This document shows positions 52,734-64,000 of a stretch of DNA of 64,000 nucleotides, in pieces (position 1 is the stretch's first letter; each line of letters starts with the position of its first letter). Both the position numbers and the translations under genes were made by a program. The notes below the pieces were generated by a model, which did no database searches, was not told the origin of the DNA, and saw only the letters and a list, made by a program, of their open reading frames with translations. Source of the DNA: Ginglymostoma cirratum (lineage: Eukaryota); contig JAHRHZ010000070.1 in assembly GCA_024137785.1 (NCBI GenBank), positions 13,150,570 to 13,214,569 of the forward strand, written 5' to 3'.

Positions 52734-55700
52734 GCAGGGGACATATCATGATCCAGAAGGCAGTTCTCCCAGGACAAGACTGAGCTGAAAACCTTCATCA
52801 TCAGAAGATCTCGAGATCATTAATGGATCATGATTGCGAGCAGAACTTGGGAGGACTATTGGATGCGCTGAGCTGTGATTGGTGGATCTTTCTGCTCGGC
52901 CTAACCTAATGCCAACTCAGTGACCAGCCAATCAGAGCTATGGCTTATACTAGAGCCCACGCCCCAGACTAGGGGGTCTGCAATACAGTCAGGGTGACAG
53001 TAAAGAAGGTGGAGGAAGGATCGCCAGTTGACTGGACCTTCTTTGTGAGGAGAGTCTCCTGGATCGCTGCTGGTTCCAAGCAGCAGATGTTTTCGGTCTG
53101 CAGAATTTCCCCAGTGGCGGCTACTTCAATGTGACCTTCAGGAGCTTGAAGCAATGTGAGCGTCTCCTGAAGGTATTTGAGGAGAAAGGAAGTGAGGATC
53201 CTTTGTCCGTTCTCCCTGCACGGAGAAGACGGGTTGTTACAATCCACATGTACATACCTGTGTACCGGCAGATGTCCTGATCTTCCTGAAAAGGCATGTA
53301 CAGCTAGAAGGAGGCAGCACTGACTTATTGGACATCTTTGGAATCTGGACCAGCAAGCAGCAGGTCAAGGTGACCCTGAAGACAGATGCCAATGGGAACA
53401 CCCTCCACCCTCCCAGTAAGAGGGATCATAGGCTACTTGACATATGTGGGGCAGTCTAGCACGTGTCGAACATGCGGGAGGACAGGGCACATGGCAGTGG
53501 ACTGTAAATTGACCCTCTGCAGGAACTGCAAACAGGATGGCCACATGACAAAGGATGCAAGGAGTCCAAGAACTACAACTTGTGTGGGGAAGCGGCCACC
53601 TCTACAAGGCCTGTACAAGCAGGGGGACGCTACATGTACTCAGATTGCATTCGACACAACCTCGACCTGAACAGGCAGAGCCAATGGAGGAGGAGGAGGA
53701 GGAGGATGAGGATACAATGAGAAACAACTAGAAAAGGAAAGCACGTTGGGCCCCCACAGTCCAACGGTAAAATGGAAAGAGGCAGCTCCACTGATGAAGA
53801 AGCACGGAGGGATGGTCACCAACAAAAAAGAGGCACAGCACTGCTGGGGAGAAGGCGAGGAGCACCCCCAACCCAGAAAGACCGGGTGTCATGAGGGGCC
53901 TGGTGAAGTCCAACCTCTGGTTGTCAGGAACGAAGCGATACCCACCGCACCACAGCTCCAGGCAATCGGGAGCAGCAACACTCCAAATCAGGAGCACAGC
54001 TTAACAGTGCCTCTGTCGGACTTAGAACTGGATTTTCCTGGCTTTGTTCTCACCCTGATGACACCAGATCAGGGCAATCACCCCCCACAGGGCAGCTACC
54101 TCAGTGCAGAGAGTGTCCAATAGTTCACCCACACCACAGGGATGTAAGTACTCCCCCAGTGACAAGACCACAGGTGAACAAATATTGGGTCTACGGGTAA
54201 TTCTGTAAACTCTCAAAATGGGTTTTAAAATTGCCTGGATTAACATGTAAAACGTTAAATCTACTAAGGAATATGTTTCCACATTGGCTAATCTGGCCAA
54301 CATCAAAGCGGACCTCCAGTTGCTGAAGGAGTGTGGGATACTGCACCTCAGCAGCTACAGGATGTGGTCGAGCTTGTGGACCACGGGCCTTCAATTCAGT
54401 CGAGGAGAAACGATAGCCGTTCCTCTGGCCTGCAAGGAGGTAACATCACCATCTCCAAAGTTAAGGAGGTAGTGGGCAGGTGCCTCCTTGTAGCAGATGC
54501 TATGGATAGAAACGCTCCACCAAGACTAATTAACTGCAGCTGGCGATGTCCAGGCCAGTCATTCTGCCAGAGACTTCAACTGCATCATCAATGCGGAAGG
54601 AAGATTCGGAGGGATTGCCAGCAAACTGGGCACCACGTCCAGATTCCTGAATGAAAAGATTAAGGTTGCCAAGCTGCACAATGTCTTCAGCCCTCTTGTA
54701 GACTGAGCGCCGCATAGATACACCTGGTCACGACCAGATGGATCTATCTGCTCAAGGACAGATTTCCAGTTTGTGTGCCGCACATTATTGGTCAGATTGA
54801 CCGACGTCAAGCAGTGTTCTTCTCTGACCAGTGCCTCCTGCTGGCTGACTGTCACCTACTGGATGACCAATGGGCCAGCAAAGGAATGTGGAAGCTGGAC
54901 GTGAAACTGTCAATGCCAAAACATTGAGGAACACAAAGGGACGCAAACACCAAGTGTCACTATGTACCAAGGTTCTACCTGTCCCCAGTATTGCAAAGGA
55001 GGGGCCTGGACTCGTTGCCGTGGAATGCTCAAGTAGTTGGACCATTCCATATCACCTGCACTTCATGGAGAAATTTGCAAAGGAAAACACCTTTGACCAT
55101 AAGTCCATCAGGAAGTGGTCAACACGTAGCATCCTTGCGACCCTGCAGGAAAAGGAGAAGGTGGATCCTGTCACGTGGTTCCCTGACTGTCAAAGTCATT
55201 TGGCAGAATGCCTCATCATCAGAACTTTCAAACAAGCGCCGAGCCATCGCTTGGCTGGTGGTGAAAAGGGCACCACACCCGGACTGGCTGCACCATCGCG
55301 CACTGTCCCTGTCACACATCTCCTTCTGGAATGGGCCTTTGCAGAGGAGGTCTGGAGAGTGATGCAGTAGTGGTTTTTGTCAAAGTTTGTCCCGAGTAGC
55401 TCCGTGATGCAGAACTCTGCTCTGTACGGGCTGTTCCCATACGGGACGCACGCTGAGACAACCATTGACTGCGCCTAGAGGACCATCATTCAGTGAAAGA
55501 TGCTCCTTGGTCTACCCAAAACTTGCCAGTCTTCCAGAGCAAGGAGTGGACCTCCATCAAGCACTGCAGACTGGCACATTCCAAGGTCCAGGCCTACGTG
55601 CTGAGGGGCGCACTAAAACTTGGGGCAGCTACCACCAAGACGCAGATCACCATCTAAGGTCTTTATGCCAAAGCCAAATGGGGATCCGTTCCATTATCAG

Positions 55701-55898
55701 GCCTCCCTGGTGCCTCAAATATACGTAAATATAGTCTTGTACAAGTAAGAAATGCCTTTGGTTTGTTTGTTGAGTAGAGTCAAACTCCAATGATTGCTTG
55801 TTTCTTCATGTGTTACCAGGCAGAAACAAACTGCTTCAGTGACTGTGTATGTATATAAAGATACTTTGATAAATAAAGTATATTTTGAAATTAAAAAA
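52734..55898 (+). mobile_element. Internally deleted Tx1/L1-clade LINE (ORF1 zinc knuckles, APE, zinc finger, poly-A tail)
   Basis: ORF1 CRTCGRTGHMAVDC / CRNCKQDGHMTKD CCHC knuckles; ORF2 start MGFKIAWIN..NVK...ADLQLLKECGI (APE), DFNCII, SDQCLL; C-terminal VTHLLLEW; ends aataaagtatattttgaaattaaaaaa. No recognisable RT core. 5' boundary tentative (aaaaagcta direct repeat). Confidence 0.8.
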
Positions 55899-56886
55899 GC
55901 TAAAAACCTGTTCATTGAATTCAGGAAAAAGCAGCTAAGTAACCAAGCAAGTATCTCCAATTATTTTGTTATGGTACGGTCTCTGAATTAGTTTGTTCAG
56001 CTCATTCCTGTCAATAAATTAACCAGCTCCAGAGGGTGATTATAAATGAATGAGAGAAGAGACAGATTCTTTACCAATGTGCTTAGCTCATCAAGCTTTT
56101 ACCCTCAATCCTCCACTCAGTAAGGTGAAGAAAACTTTAATACCATTTTGTGTTCATCAGGCTCAGAGTAATTATATTTAAAAATACAATCTCAGTCATA
56201 GGGCAAAACTGCAGCGTCAGAAGTCCAGAAGAGATAGAAGGTTGGGCTTGAACACATACAGCAACTGGAAGGGAACAGCAGGAACATCTGCTTTCCCCAA
56301 TTAAATGATCATACTAGACTCCAAAATGGGATGGGAGCTGCAACTAAGGTGCTCTGCCTACTCTAAAATTACTCCTACTTTCATTCTTTTCATTCCTCTA
56401 GGCATTCTTCTGAGTGGTGTCCAATGGCCACCTAAACAAAGATGTCAAAGAAATAGTGGACAACATAAGCTGGCATGCTATCAGTTACAAACTGCTGGGT
56501 CTGTCAATCAAATACCATTTGAATATATTGCATCCTTAGTGCAATATTTTATCTTAATGAATAATGAATTGATACCATTTCTGAAAAAGAGACAAATTTT
56601 GTCAAAACTTTGTCTTGTCTTCATCGGGGCATTTTGCAAGAATACAAATCCAAGCAGAAAACCAACATTTACCTTGCAAGAGAGGAACATGTTGATTAGT
56701 TGGCAAGTGGACATTGGTAGTGGCACTACTTGGAAGAATGCTGATTGACAGTTAACAACCAGACTTTGTTTAAATTTTAAACCAGGCAGGTTGATTCTGA
56801 TGAGTCAGGGCATTAACCTGAAAAATGAACCAGTGAGTGGCTATCACTGGTTTTATTCAATTGAAAGAGGCACAGTTTGTGAACAT

Positions 56887-57228
56887 GAGATAACAAGCAT
56901 GGGGCTGGATGAACACAGCAGGTCAAGCAGCATCATAGGAGCAGGAAAACTTGACGTTTNNNNNNNNNNNNNNNNNNNNNNNNNNNNNNNNNNNNNNNNN
57001 NNNNNNNNNNNNNNNNNNNNNNNNNNNNNNNNNNNNNNNNNNNNNNNNNNNNNNNNNNNACACAGCAGGTCAAGCAGCATCATAGGAGCAGGAAAACTTG
57101 ACGTTTGGTTTAGGCCCGAAACGTCAAGTTTTCCTGCTCCTATGATGCTGCTTGACCTGCTGTGTTCATCCAGCCCCATGCTTGTTATCTCGGATTCTCC
57201 AGCATCTGCAGTACCTTTTATCTCTGAT
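56887..57228. mobile_element. Fold-back Penelope-like terminal insertion with 15-bp TSD, spanning the N gap
   Basis: 56887-56959 is the exact reverse complement of 57119-57191. TSD ACAGTTTGTGAACAT at 56872-56886 and 57229-57243. Contains the ggcccGAAACGTC hammerhead half-motif. Confidence 0.8.
56960..57059. other. Assembly gap (100 N)
   Basis: Run of exactly 100 N; 47 bp duplicated on both sides (56913-56959 = 57060-57106). Confidence 0.98.
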
Positions 57229-57319
57229 ACAGTTTGTGAACATGTTTTTTTTGTCTGCCAAGTACAAGCTCGGTGTATGTACATGTTAATTTTATCCATA
57301 CAGTACAGGGCCATGCATA

Positions 57320-57605
57320 ATAAAATGTTTCACTTCCAATACATGCAGTGCCAGTGTGATGTATGTAAGCCATACGTATACAGACTGGCAGTTTACATTA
57401 AATGGCACATCTATTCAGTTGCTCACAATAAACTAGGTCATGACTACACCAACAAGCACATGTTTGGAAAATTCACAACACTAACGTCTAAGGTTAGATG
57501 TGATTCTACAGCTGGACAACATTTGCTGGATAATCCTGAATGTGCGAGGAACTATGCTGACAACCAAATTAAGATCATCAGTCAAGCTCACAGTATGGTA
57601 CATTT
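57320..57605 (+). mobile_element. Penelope GIY-YIG endonuclease remnant
   Basis: Peptide QCQCD...RLAVYIKWH...RCDSTAGQHLLDNPECARNYADNQIKIISQAHS matches the PLE GIY-YIG pattern (C.C...Y.G.T.R.L..RI..H...SAI..HL). Confidence 0.65.
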
Positions 57606-57614
57606 TCTTCACAA

Positions 57615-58425
57615 GACAACCTGCAAATTCGAGATTTTAGTTTGGTAAATTTTCTCTCAACAACTTCCAATGCACTTATATATTGCCATAAATAAGGTGA
57701 CCAATACTGTACACCATAATCTGGATGTGGTCTCAACATGTGTAACTGAAATATAACCTCCCTACTTTTATATTTAATTTTACACACAATGAATAAAACT
57801 ATTCTATTAGCTTTCCTAATTACCTGTCGCACCTGTGATTCGTGCACTCGGTCATCAAGATCCCTCTGCACCCGAGAGCTCTGAAATCTGTCACCATTTA
57901 GGTAAGTTTTTTTAATCTGCCTGGCAAAATGGAAAATTAGACATTTTTCCATTTTATATTCTATTTGGCAGACTTTGCCTGTTCACTTTTTGTTTTGTAA
58001 CTTTATGTACTGTTCACAGCTTGACTTTTTAATTTATCCTTATATCATTAGCAAATTTGGCAAACGAATCCTTCATGCAAGTGAAAGTTGAGGTCCCAGC
58101 ACCAATCCTCTGTGACCTATGACTTGTTACGTCTTGTAAACTAAAAAAACAGCCAGTTATGTCGACTCTGTTTCCTGTTAGCCATCCAATCCCCAACCAT
58201 GTCTATACGCCAGCCACTACAGCTATTTTCCATAATAACTTTTCATGTGGCACTTTATCAAATGTCTTCTGGAAATTTCAGCATAATAAACCCACCAATT
58301 CCCCTTTATCCAGGTGTTACTTTCTAAAACAATATAATTAGTTGGTTAAACATGATTTCCCTTTCATAAAGCCATTCTGACTCTGTCTGGTTACCTTTAA
58401 CTTTTCGAATGACCCATTACAACTT
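57615..58425 (-). mobile_element. Degenerate CR1 RT/3' fragment
   Basis: Minus-strand ORF KCLIFHF...VQRDL...VIRKANRI...RPHPDYGVQYWSPYL...LEVVERKFTKL. Confidence 0.8.
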
Positions 58426-58582
58426 CGTTAAATCAGATTTTCAACAAGAAATTAGGAAAGCTCATAGAATGTTATATTTTATCATCAGGGAATTGAATAA
58501 AAAAGGAATGTTTTGCTTCAGTTACTGGTGAGACCACATTTGTAAAACTGTGCATAGTGTTGGTCATTTTCGTTAAGGATAC

Positions 58583-59156
58583 TGACTGCGGCTCTGCTGC
58601 TCAATCTATTTGGTGAACACAAACTCACATACACCAAATTTGTACAATCATAATCAATCTTTATTTGATAAAATGCAAGTGACTATCTTCTGTTCTGAAG
58701 TACTACGATATATTCCCCAATGATACATTTCCCAAAAATAAGCAAAAGTAACCTCCTAAGAAAGATCGGTGAGTCAAGTTCGAGTCACGACAGCCTGGCA
58801 CTAACATGCTCAGGGCTCTTCTTTCTTCTTGCGATGGTTGTTTCTGGGTTGTCGCTCCAGCATTCTGTTCACCAGTATATTTATATCTTATTCCTGAAGG
58901 AGGTGTGTGACTCAGTACGTGCATTCCTGCATGTAGCAAGTCATCAAATCCAATCATTTCAACAGATACGATTTCACTCTCCAGTTGATCAGGTTATCTC
59001 TCAGTGTTTATCTCATTGGACAACATCTCGTTACCTCAGTAGATTAAGTCATCTTCTGCCATTGAGCCTGCAATTTGTTATGTCCAGATTTGATTAGACC
59101 CAGTCGACTCCTCCGAGTTGGCCATTTTTACCAGCATGCAATTCAGTCTGGCTGCA
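58583..59156 (-). mobile_element. Solo-LTR-like insertion splitting a CR1 fragment
   Basis: A CR1 segment (58445-58580) resumes at ~59160 (gtgttggaggcagttcagagaagg). The insert has TG...CA ends, a minus-strand TATA (~58876-58885) and AATAAA (58660-58665). No exact TSD. Confidence 0.5.
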
Positions 59157-59249
59157 AGGTAGATGTAGATGTGTTGGAGGCAGTTCAGAGAAGGTTTACT
59201 AGACTATTACCTGGAATGAGGTATATGGGTTGTGGGCAGTTGTCTTATT

Positions 59250-60430
59250 AGGGAAGAAATACAAATCAGAGGAAGGTTCAAATTTTATGTTGCAAATATT
59301 CAAAGAAATATCAACTAGCTTGGCAATAAAACAATTCGCATTTTCTACTAATCATTCACAATCTCAAGGTGCCCTAGAAAGACTCATAAAACTTTGAAGA
59401 TTGTGAAAACAATTTATTGCCAAGTATTTCCCAATGATTGGCATAAGGCAATCCTTTATTACTATTTTCCATTAGGAATACCCTGAACGAGTTCACAGGA
59501 TTTAGTTTATTTCAATTATACATTGACATTAGGTAAGAAAACCACTTTAAAAACATAATAAACCATTTCTCAGAAATACTTCAAAGCCATATTTCAATTT
59601 TCAGAAAAGAACTGCTCAAAATATGTGATCTGAAGTGCTCAAAAAACAATGAATGCTCAAGCAGATAAAAAGACCAATTTCAAAATTTTGCTGCTGGAGA
59701 CAAGGTGTTAGTGCTGTTATTTGTCTTTAGGAAAACATAAAATGCAAAGTGCATTGGACCTTATCAAATCAAAAACAAATTCAATGATGTGAATTATGTA
59801 ATGAATAGGCCAGACAACAGACAGAACCAATAATTGTGTCATGTTGAAAAGATATTATGACAGGGATGATAGTCAGAAGAGAACTGTTCCTACAATACTG
59901 AAAGATATAGGGAGTGAAAAAGAAATATCAGAGCAATTAGCAAATGAATCAGAAATTAAAAATTCAAATTATATCCTCCCAATTATCAGACCGGAAAACA
60001 AATAAGTGCTCAAGAGCTTGGATAGCATTATACTTCATCTTCCAGAAAACTATCAAGGTGACTTACAAAAGCCATCAGATTCTCATGACAAAGAACTGAA
60101 GCCACAGCTAAGTTAAACCCTATATATGACAGAGAACAGCACATTTTCAGGTGTTTGAGTACTGTAATGAGATGTTGTTTGGATAAATGGGATTGCATTT
60201 CATACCCCATGTTTCACAATCATTAGAGGAGTGCTATACGTGTAAATAGTTTGGTTTATTTTATTCTATTTTACCTTCATTTCTTTTGCATAATACATTC
60301 TTGTTTTACTGTTAAACCAAATCTGCAATATTGCAAGCTTACGTTTCAGTGAGAGACCACCCTATTCAAAACAAACAAAAAGTTTTATCAAGACAGATGT
60401 CAGTCTTGTATCTGACTTGTTCTATAGTAA
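59250..60430 (+). mobile_element. Gypsy/Ty3 LTR retrotransposon integrase remnant with possible 3' LTR piece
   Basis: Decayed peptide SEEGSNFMLQIFKEI..LAIKQF..STNHSQSQGALER...DW.K.IP..LF..R.T.NE.TGFS.F...GDKVLVL...GPYQI (integrase core plus GPY/F module). Confidence 0.75.
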
Positions 60431-61384
60431 CGAGAGATAGAAGGATTCTTGTTCAGGAAGAGGATGAAAGATTTTTAGGAGTAGGCGGAATGCAGATTTG
60501 AGGTTAAAATCAGATCAGCTGTAAAATCTTTCACCCTCCCCTTATCCTTACCTTATGGAACTGGCCTTTCTTGCCTCTTTTTATTGCCAGATTTTGAGGT
60601 GGTTGGGAAGCCAAGACATCGTGGGTTAGCAACAAAAATCCTGTTAAATTGAAGCCATGTAGCCTCTTTCAAATGTTTCGATGACTGATCCACCTCCTCA
60701 AAGCACACTATCTGTTGTGGTATGTCTTATGCCACGTTGATATAAATCAGCAAGTTTGAGGCAGATGATGTTCCTGTTTCTACTCTATTAACTTTTTAAC
60801 TTTCTATCTGTTCCAAATCCATCTTTTGTTGGCAGTTAACTCTCCGTGTTTATTGACTTAAAAGTACTTCAGCTTAAGTTTGTTAGCTTACTTCAGGCTA
60901 CTAACATCAAATGCATCAGTTGGAACAAAATCCAACAATGATGTCTAACATGTTAATTCCATAAATTAGAATTAGACAATGCAATGAGTTAGCACTTAGG
61001 TTTTCTTTGCTACCAGAACTCTCTGTTAGAAACGGGTAAAAGCAAGAGGGTTGCAATGGGGATAAACTCATCCGTGGCTGAGACAGTCACTTAAGTTTAC
61101 TTCTCATCTGACTTTAAGCAAAAATGGATTCATACTAAAATATTAATTGCATGTAATACCACCTTGATGTCAGTTGTGATAGATACTTGTTTTAGGTATG
61201 TCATATGTAGTTAATTGTGCTGGATCATATGCCTGCTCAGGTTAAACATCTGAGGTGTGGAAGCCGGAAGTTAAAAGAATATAATAGATTTGGCAACTGC
61301 TTAAAATACACCAAACAGAAGGAAAGATCCTTCAGAAGAACTTGGAACTGCTGGTAAACTGCATTTATTTTGAACATCTGATTT

Positions 61385-61795
61385 CAGGTTTGCAGATGAA
61401 GTGAAAATGCAAAAGGTAACAGATAATGAGCAAGTCAGTAGGTCAAAATGTGAGATTACGCCTTTTGGCAGGAAAAGTACAAGAACTGGCTATTATTTAA
61501 ATGAAGAAAGACTGCAGAAAGCTACAGAGAAGAGGGATTTGGGAGTCCCCTTTCATGAATCACAAAAAGCTAGCAACAGGGTAACAGGGCAGGCAAATGG
61601 AAGGTGGGCCTTTATTTCAATGGGAATAGAATATAAAATTATGAGGTTTTGGAATATTATGAACAATTTTGAACCAGGTATTTAAGGAAAGTTATACTGA
61701 TATTGGAGGCAGTTGAAAGAGGGTCACTAGGCTGCTACCAAGTATGGAGGGACTGTCTTATGAGAAATTGAGTAGATTGGGCCTGTACTCATTTG
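61385..61795 (+). mobile_element. CR1 RT/3' fragment
   Basis: FADE.K...KCEITPFGRK...YYLNEERLQ...RDLGVP...ANGRWAFISMGIEYK. Confidence 0.75.
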
Positions 61796-62939
61796 ATGGC
61801 AGGTAAAAACAAAATTGGGCTCAGCATTACAAATCAGTCCTGTGCTCCTAATGCATTTGTATCATTTTAATGTCTCAAACTCAGCTTAAAAGGTGAGGAC
61901 TAATACAAGAAGTTTCACTATGTTTGCAATGTAATTCAACTTCCTTCAAGCAATCAAGGCTTGCTACAGATCAAATATAAATTCACTGCTTTCCCTCTAA
62001 CTGATACTATTTTGTTAGCAATAGGGATTGTTTGTCCCTTTCCTATGGCAAACCTGTAAACATCAATGAGAACTGTATTTACATTTTAATCCACAATCCT
62101 TCTTCAATCTATACAAAACATCTTTGACTTCTTCTTTAAACCATTTAGCTGGATTACTGAAATCCAGCTCAGCCCTCAATGAAATCAGTAACCTTTCATC
62201 CAAAATGCTTGTCATTAAAATAATGACTTTTTTATATCCTTCTGAATACAAAATAAATTAATGCTCTTGTTAAAGACACTACCAAGTGTGGTTCTGACAT
62301 ACACAGCACAGGATCCCATATTTAACTTCCATAATGTGCTGATGTCAGAGTGTAATTAAGGTACTATAATTTTCTTCAGTGACCCTAGATGAAACAGATG
62401 GACTCTGCACATGTGCCTGAGTGTATGGACAGCTGGCAATAATGGAATTAGTAGAGATAGGTAGTAATGCCTCTCATTCTGTACCAGTCATCAAATCGAG
62501 GCACAGCAAGAAAAAAATAATGGGCCAAGGAAACAAGCAAATGAAATTATTTTTAAGTGCATCAACGTAATCAAAATTTGTACAGAAGAACATTCACTGA
62601 AAACCTTATCCAGCTAGGTTTATTTCAAGACTTGTAATGTTTACAACAAATACTGTCATCTTGATTGACTGACTCACACTTTAAACAGAAATCCACAATG
62701 ACACAATCAATAGGACAATAATGTCATGCAGGAGGGATTTTGTCGGACTGAAAATTATTACGTCGCAGTTTGCAAAATCTCAGATCAACTCAGTTGGCAT
62801 CAATGTCACCTCTTGTCACAAAGCTGTTGGACTAACTCTCATTGTACAACATGAGTATACAACTCAGACTGACTGAAGTATACAATTCAGTGCAGAGCTG
62901 AAGGTGTGCAACATTGTTGAAGGGCTGCACTTGTCTGTT

Positions 62940-64000
62940 CAGAGACACCATGATTCTATCTGGAGATGAGAAAGGAGTCCTATTAGTGTCCTGAACTCCA
63001 GAGAGAAGATGAGAATGACTACTGTTGACAACAAGGCCACAAGTGGACCAAATGTGACATCAGAAGCCCTAGCAAAACTGAAATCAATTAAAGAGGAAAA
63101 CACTGCTGAAGCGAGTCCTAACTTACACAAAGGAAGATGCTTGTGGTTGTTGGAGGTTGGTCATTTCAGATTCAGGGAAGTACTACAGGCGTTCCTAAGG
63201 GAGTGTCCCTAGGCCCAACCATCTTCGGCTTTTCATCAATGACCTTTCCTCCATCATAGAGTCAGAAATTCAATGACGATTACACAAGGTTCAGCAACAT
63301 TTACAACACCTCAGATACTGAAGCAGCCCATGTCCAAATGCAGCAAGGCCGAGACAATATTGACTCTTTGGCTGACAAGTGACAAGTAATATTCACACCT
63401 CGCAAGTACCACGAAATAACCATCTCCAAAAAATGAAAATCTAACCATCATCTCTTGGCACTCAATGGAATTGCCACAGCTAAATCCCCGGCTATCAACA
63501 ACCTAGGGGTTTACTGTTGACCAGAAACTGAACTGCACTAGCTATGTAATTACTGTGGCTGCAACGGCATTTCACAAGCTAGGAATCCTGCAGCAAATAA
63601 CTCACATCCTGAATCTAAAAGGCACATCCACTGTCTACAAGGCACAATTCAGGAATGTGATGGAATCCTTCCACTTGCCTTGTTGAGTGCAGCTCTAACA
63701 CTCAAGAAGCTTGACACCATCTATGACAATGTAAATTGCTTAACTGACACTACATCCACAAATATTCACCTTCTCCACTACCATAGCACAGTTGCAGCAT
63801 TATCATCCACAATATTCATTGCAAAATTTCACCAAGGCTCCTCAAGCAGTACCATCCAAACTTAGAATCACTACAATCGGAATGACAATGGCAATGTACA
63901 TGGTAACACTACCATCATCTGCAAGTTGCCCTGCTGACTACCCATCATCCCGACTTGGAAATACATTGTTGATCCTTCACTGTTGCTGGGTCAAAGCGCA
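62940..64000 (+). mobile_element. L2/CR1-group LINE RT and 3' region (runs off the window)
   Basis: GVPKG/VLGPTIF/FINDL RT motif remnants and downstream homology to 49350-50175. Confidence 0.75.

Noticed and set aside
56791-57648. Longest ORF in the track (285 aa)
   Set aside because: Runs through 100 Ns and a palindrome; only its end is a decayed Penelope endonuclease fragment.
62063-62251. Minus-strand ORF after a plausible acceptor (tttgtattcag|AAGG)
   Set aside because: No similarity to Slo1 or any family I recognise; ends in a stop; no supporting evidence.
62770-62784. Minus-strand TCTGAGATTTTGCAA (SEILQ), resembling Slo1 exon 6
   Set aside because: Preceded by an in-frame TGA, flanks do not encode RALRLIQF/FLNILK, and there are no matching splice sites. 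Exon 6 was not found and probably lies beyond 64000.

Overview
Vertebrate genomic DNA, very probably from a cartilaginous fish (inferred from the shark-type CR1/L2 LINE, DeuSINE, Penelope and Tx1 repeat complement). The whole window lies inside one minus-strand gene for a BK/Slo1 large-conductance Ca2+-activated K+ channel alpha subunit (kcnma1 or a close paralog). Eight GT-AG exons were read by hand, equivalent to human exons 7, 8, 9, 9alt, 10, 11, 12 and 13 (S5, pore, S6 and the first part of RCK1). Their lengths (76/171/92/92/111/106/83/70 nt) splice into one continuous frame. Highlights: (1) a tandem pair of mutually exclusive 92-nt S6/linker exons only 85 nt apart, the second with the S->R and E->A vestibule changes known from the low-conductance skate electroreceptor BK, plus UGCAUG (Rbfox) motifs around it; (2) several substitutions at normally conserved positions, which raise the possibility of a second Slo1-like paralog; (3) a 180-bp fold-back Penelope-like insertion with a 13-bp TSD that encodes a minimal hammerhead ribozyme on each strand, close to a splice acceptor; (4) a second fold-back Penelope end that explains the 100-N assembly gap. 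The rest is intronic and filled with decayed TEs, a 30-bp minisatellite and a short telomere-like tract. Nearly all ORFs in the supplied track are spurious or TE-derived. TE boundaries are approximate.
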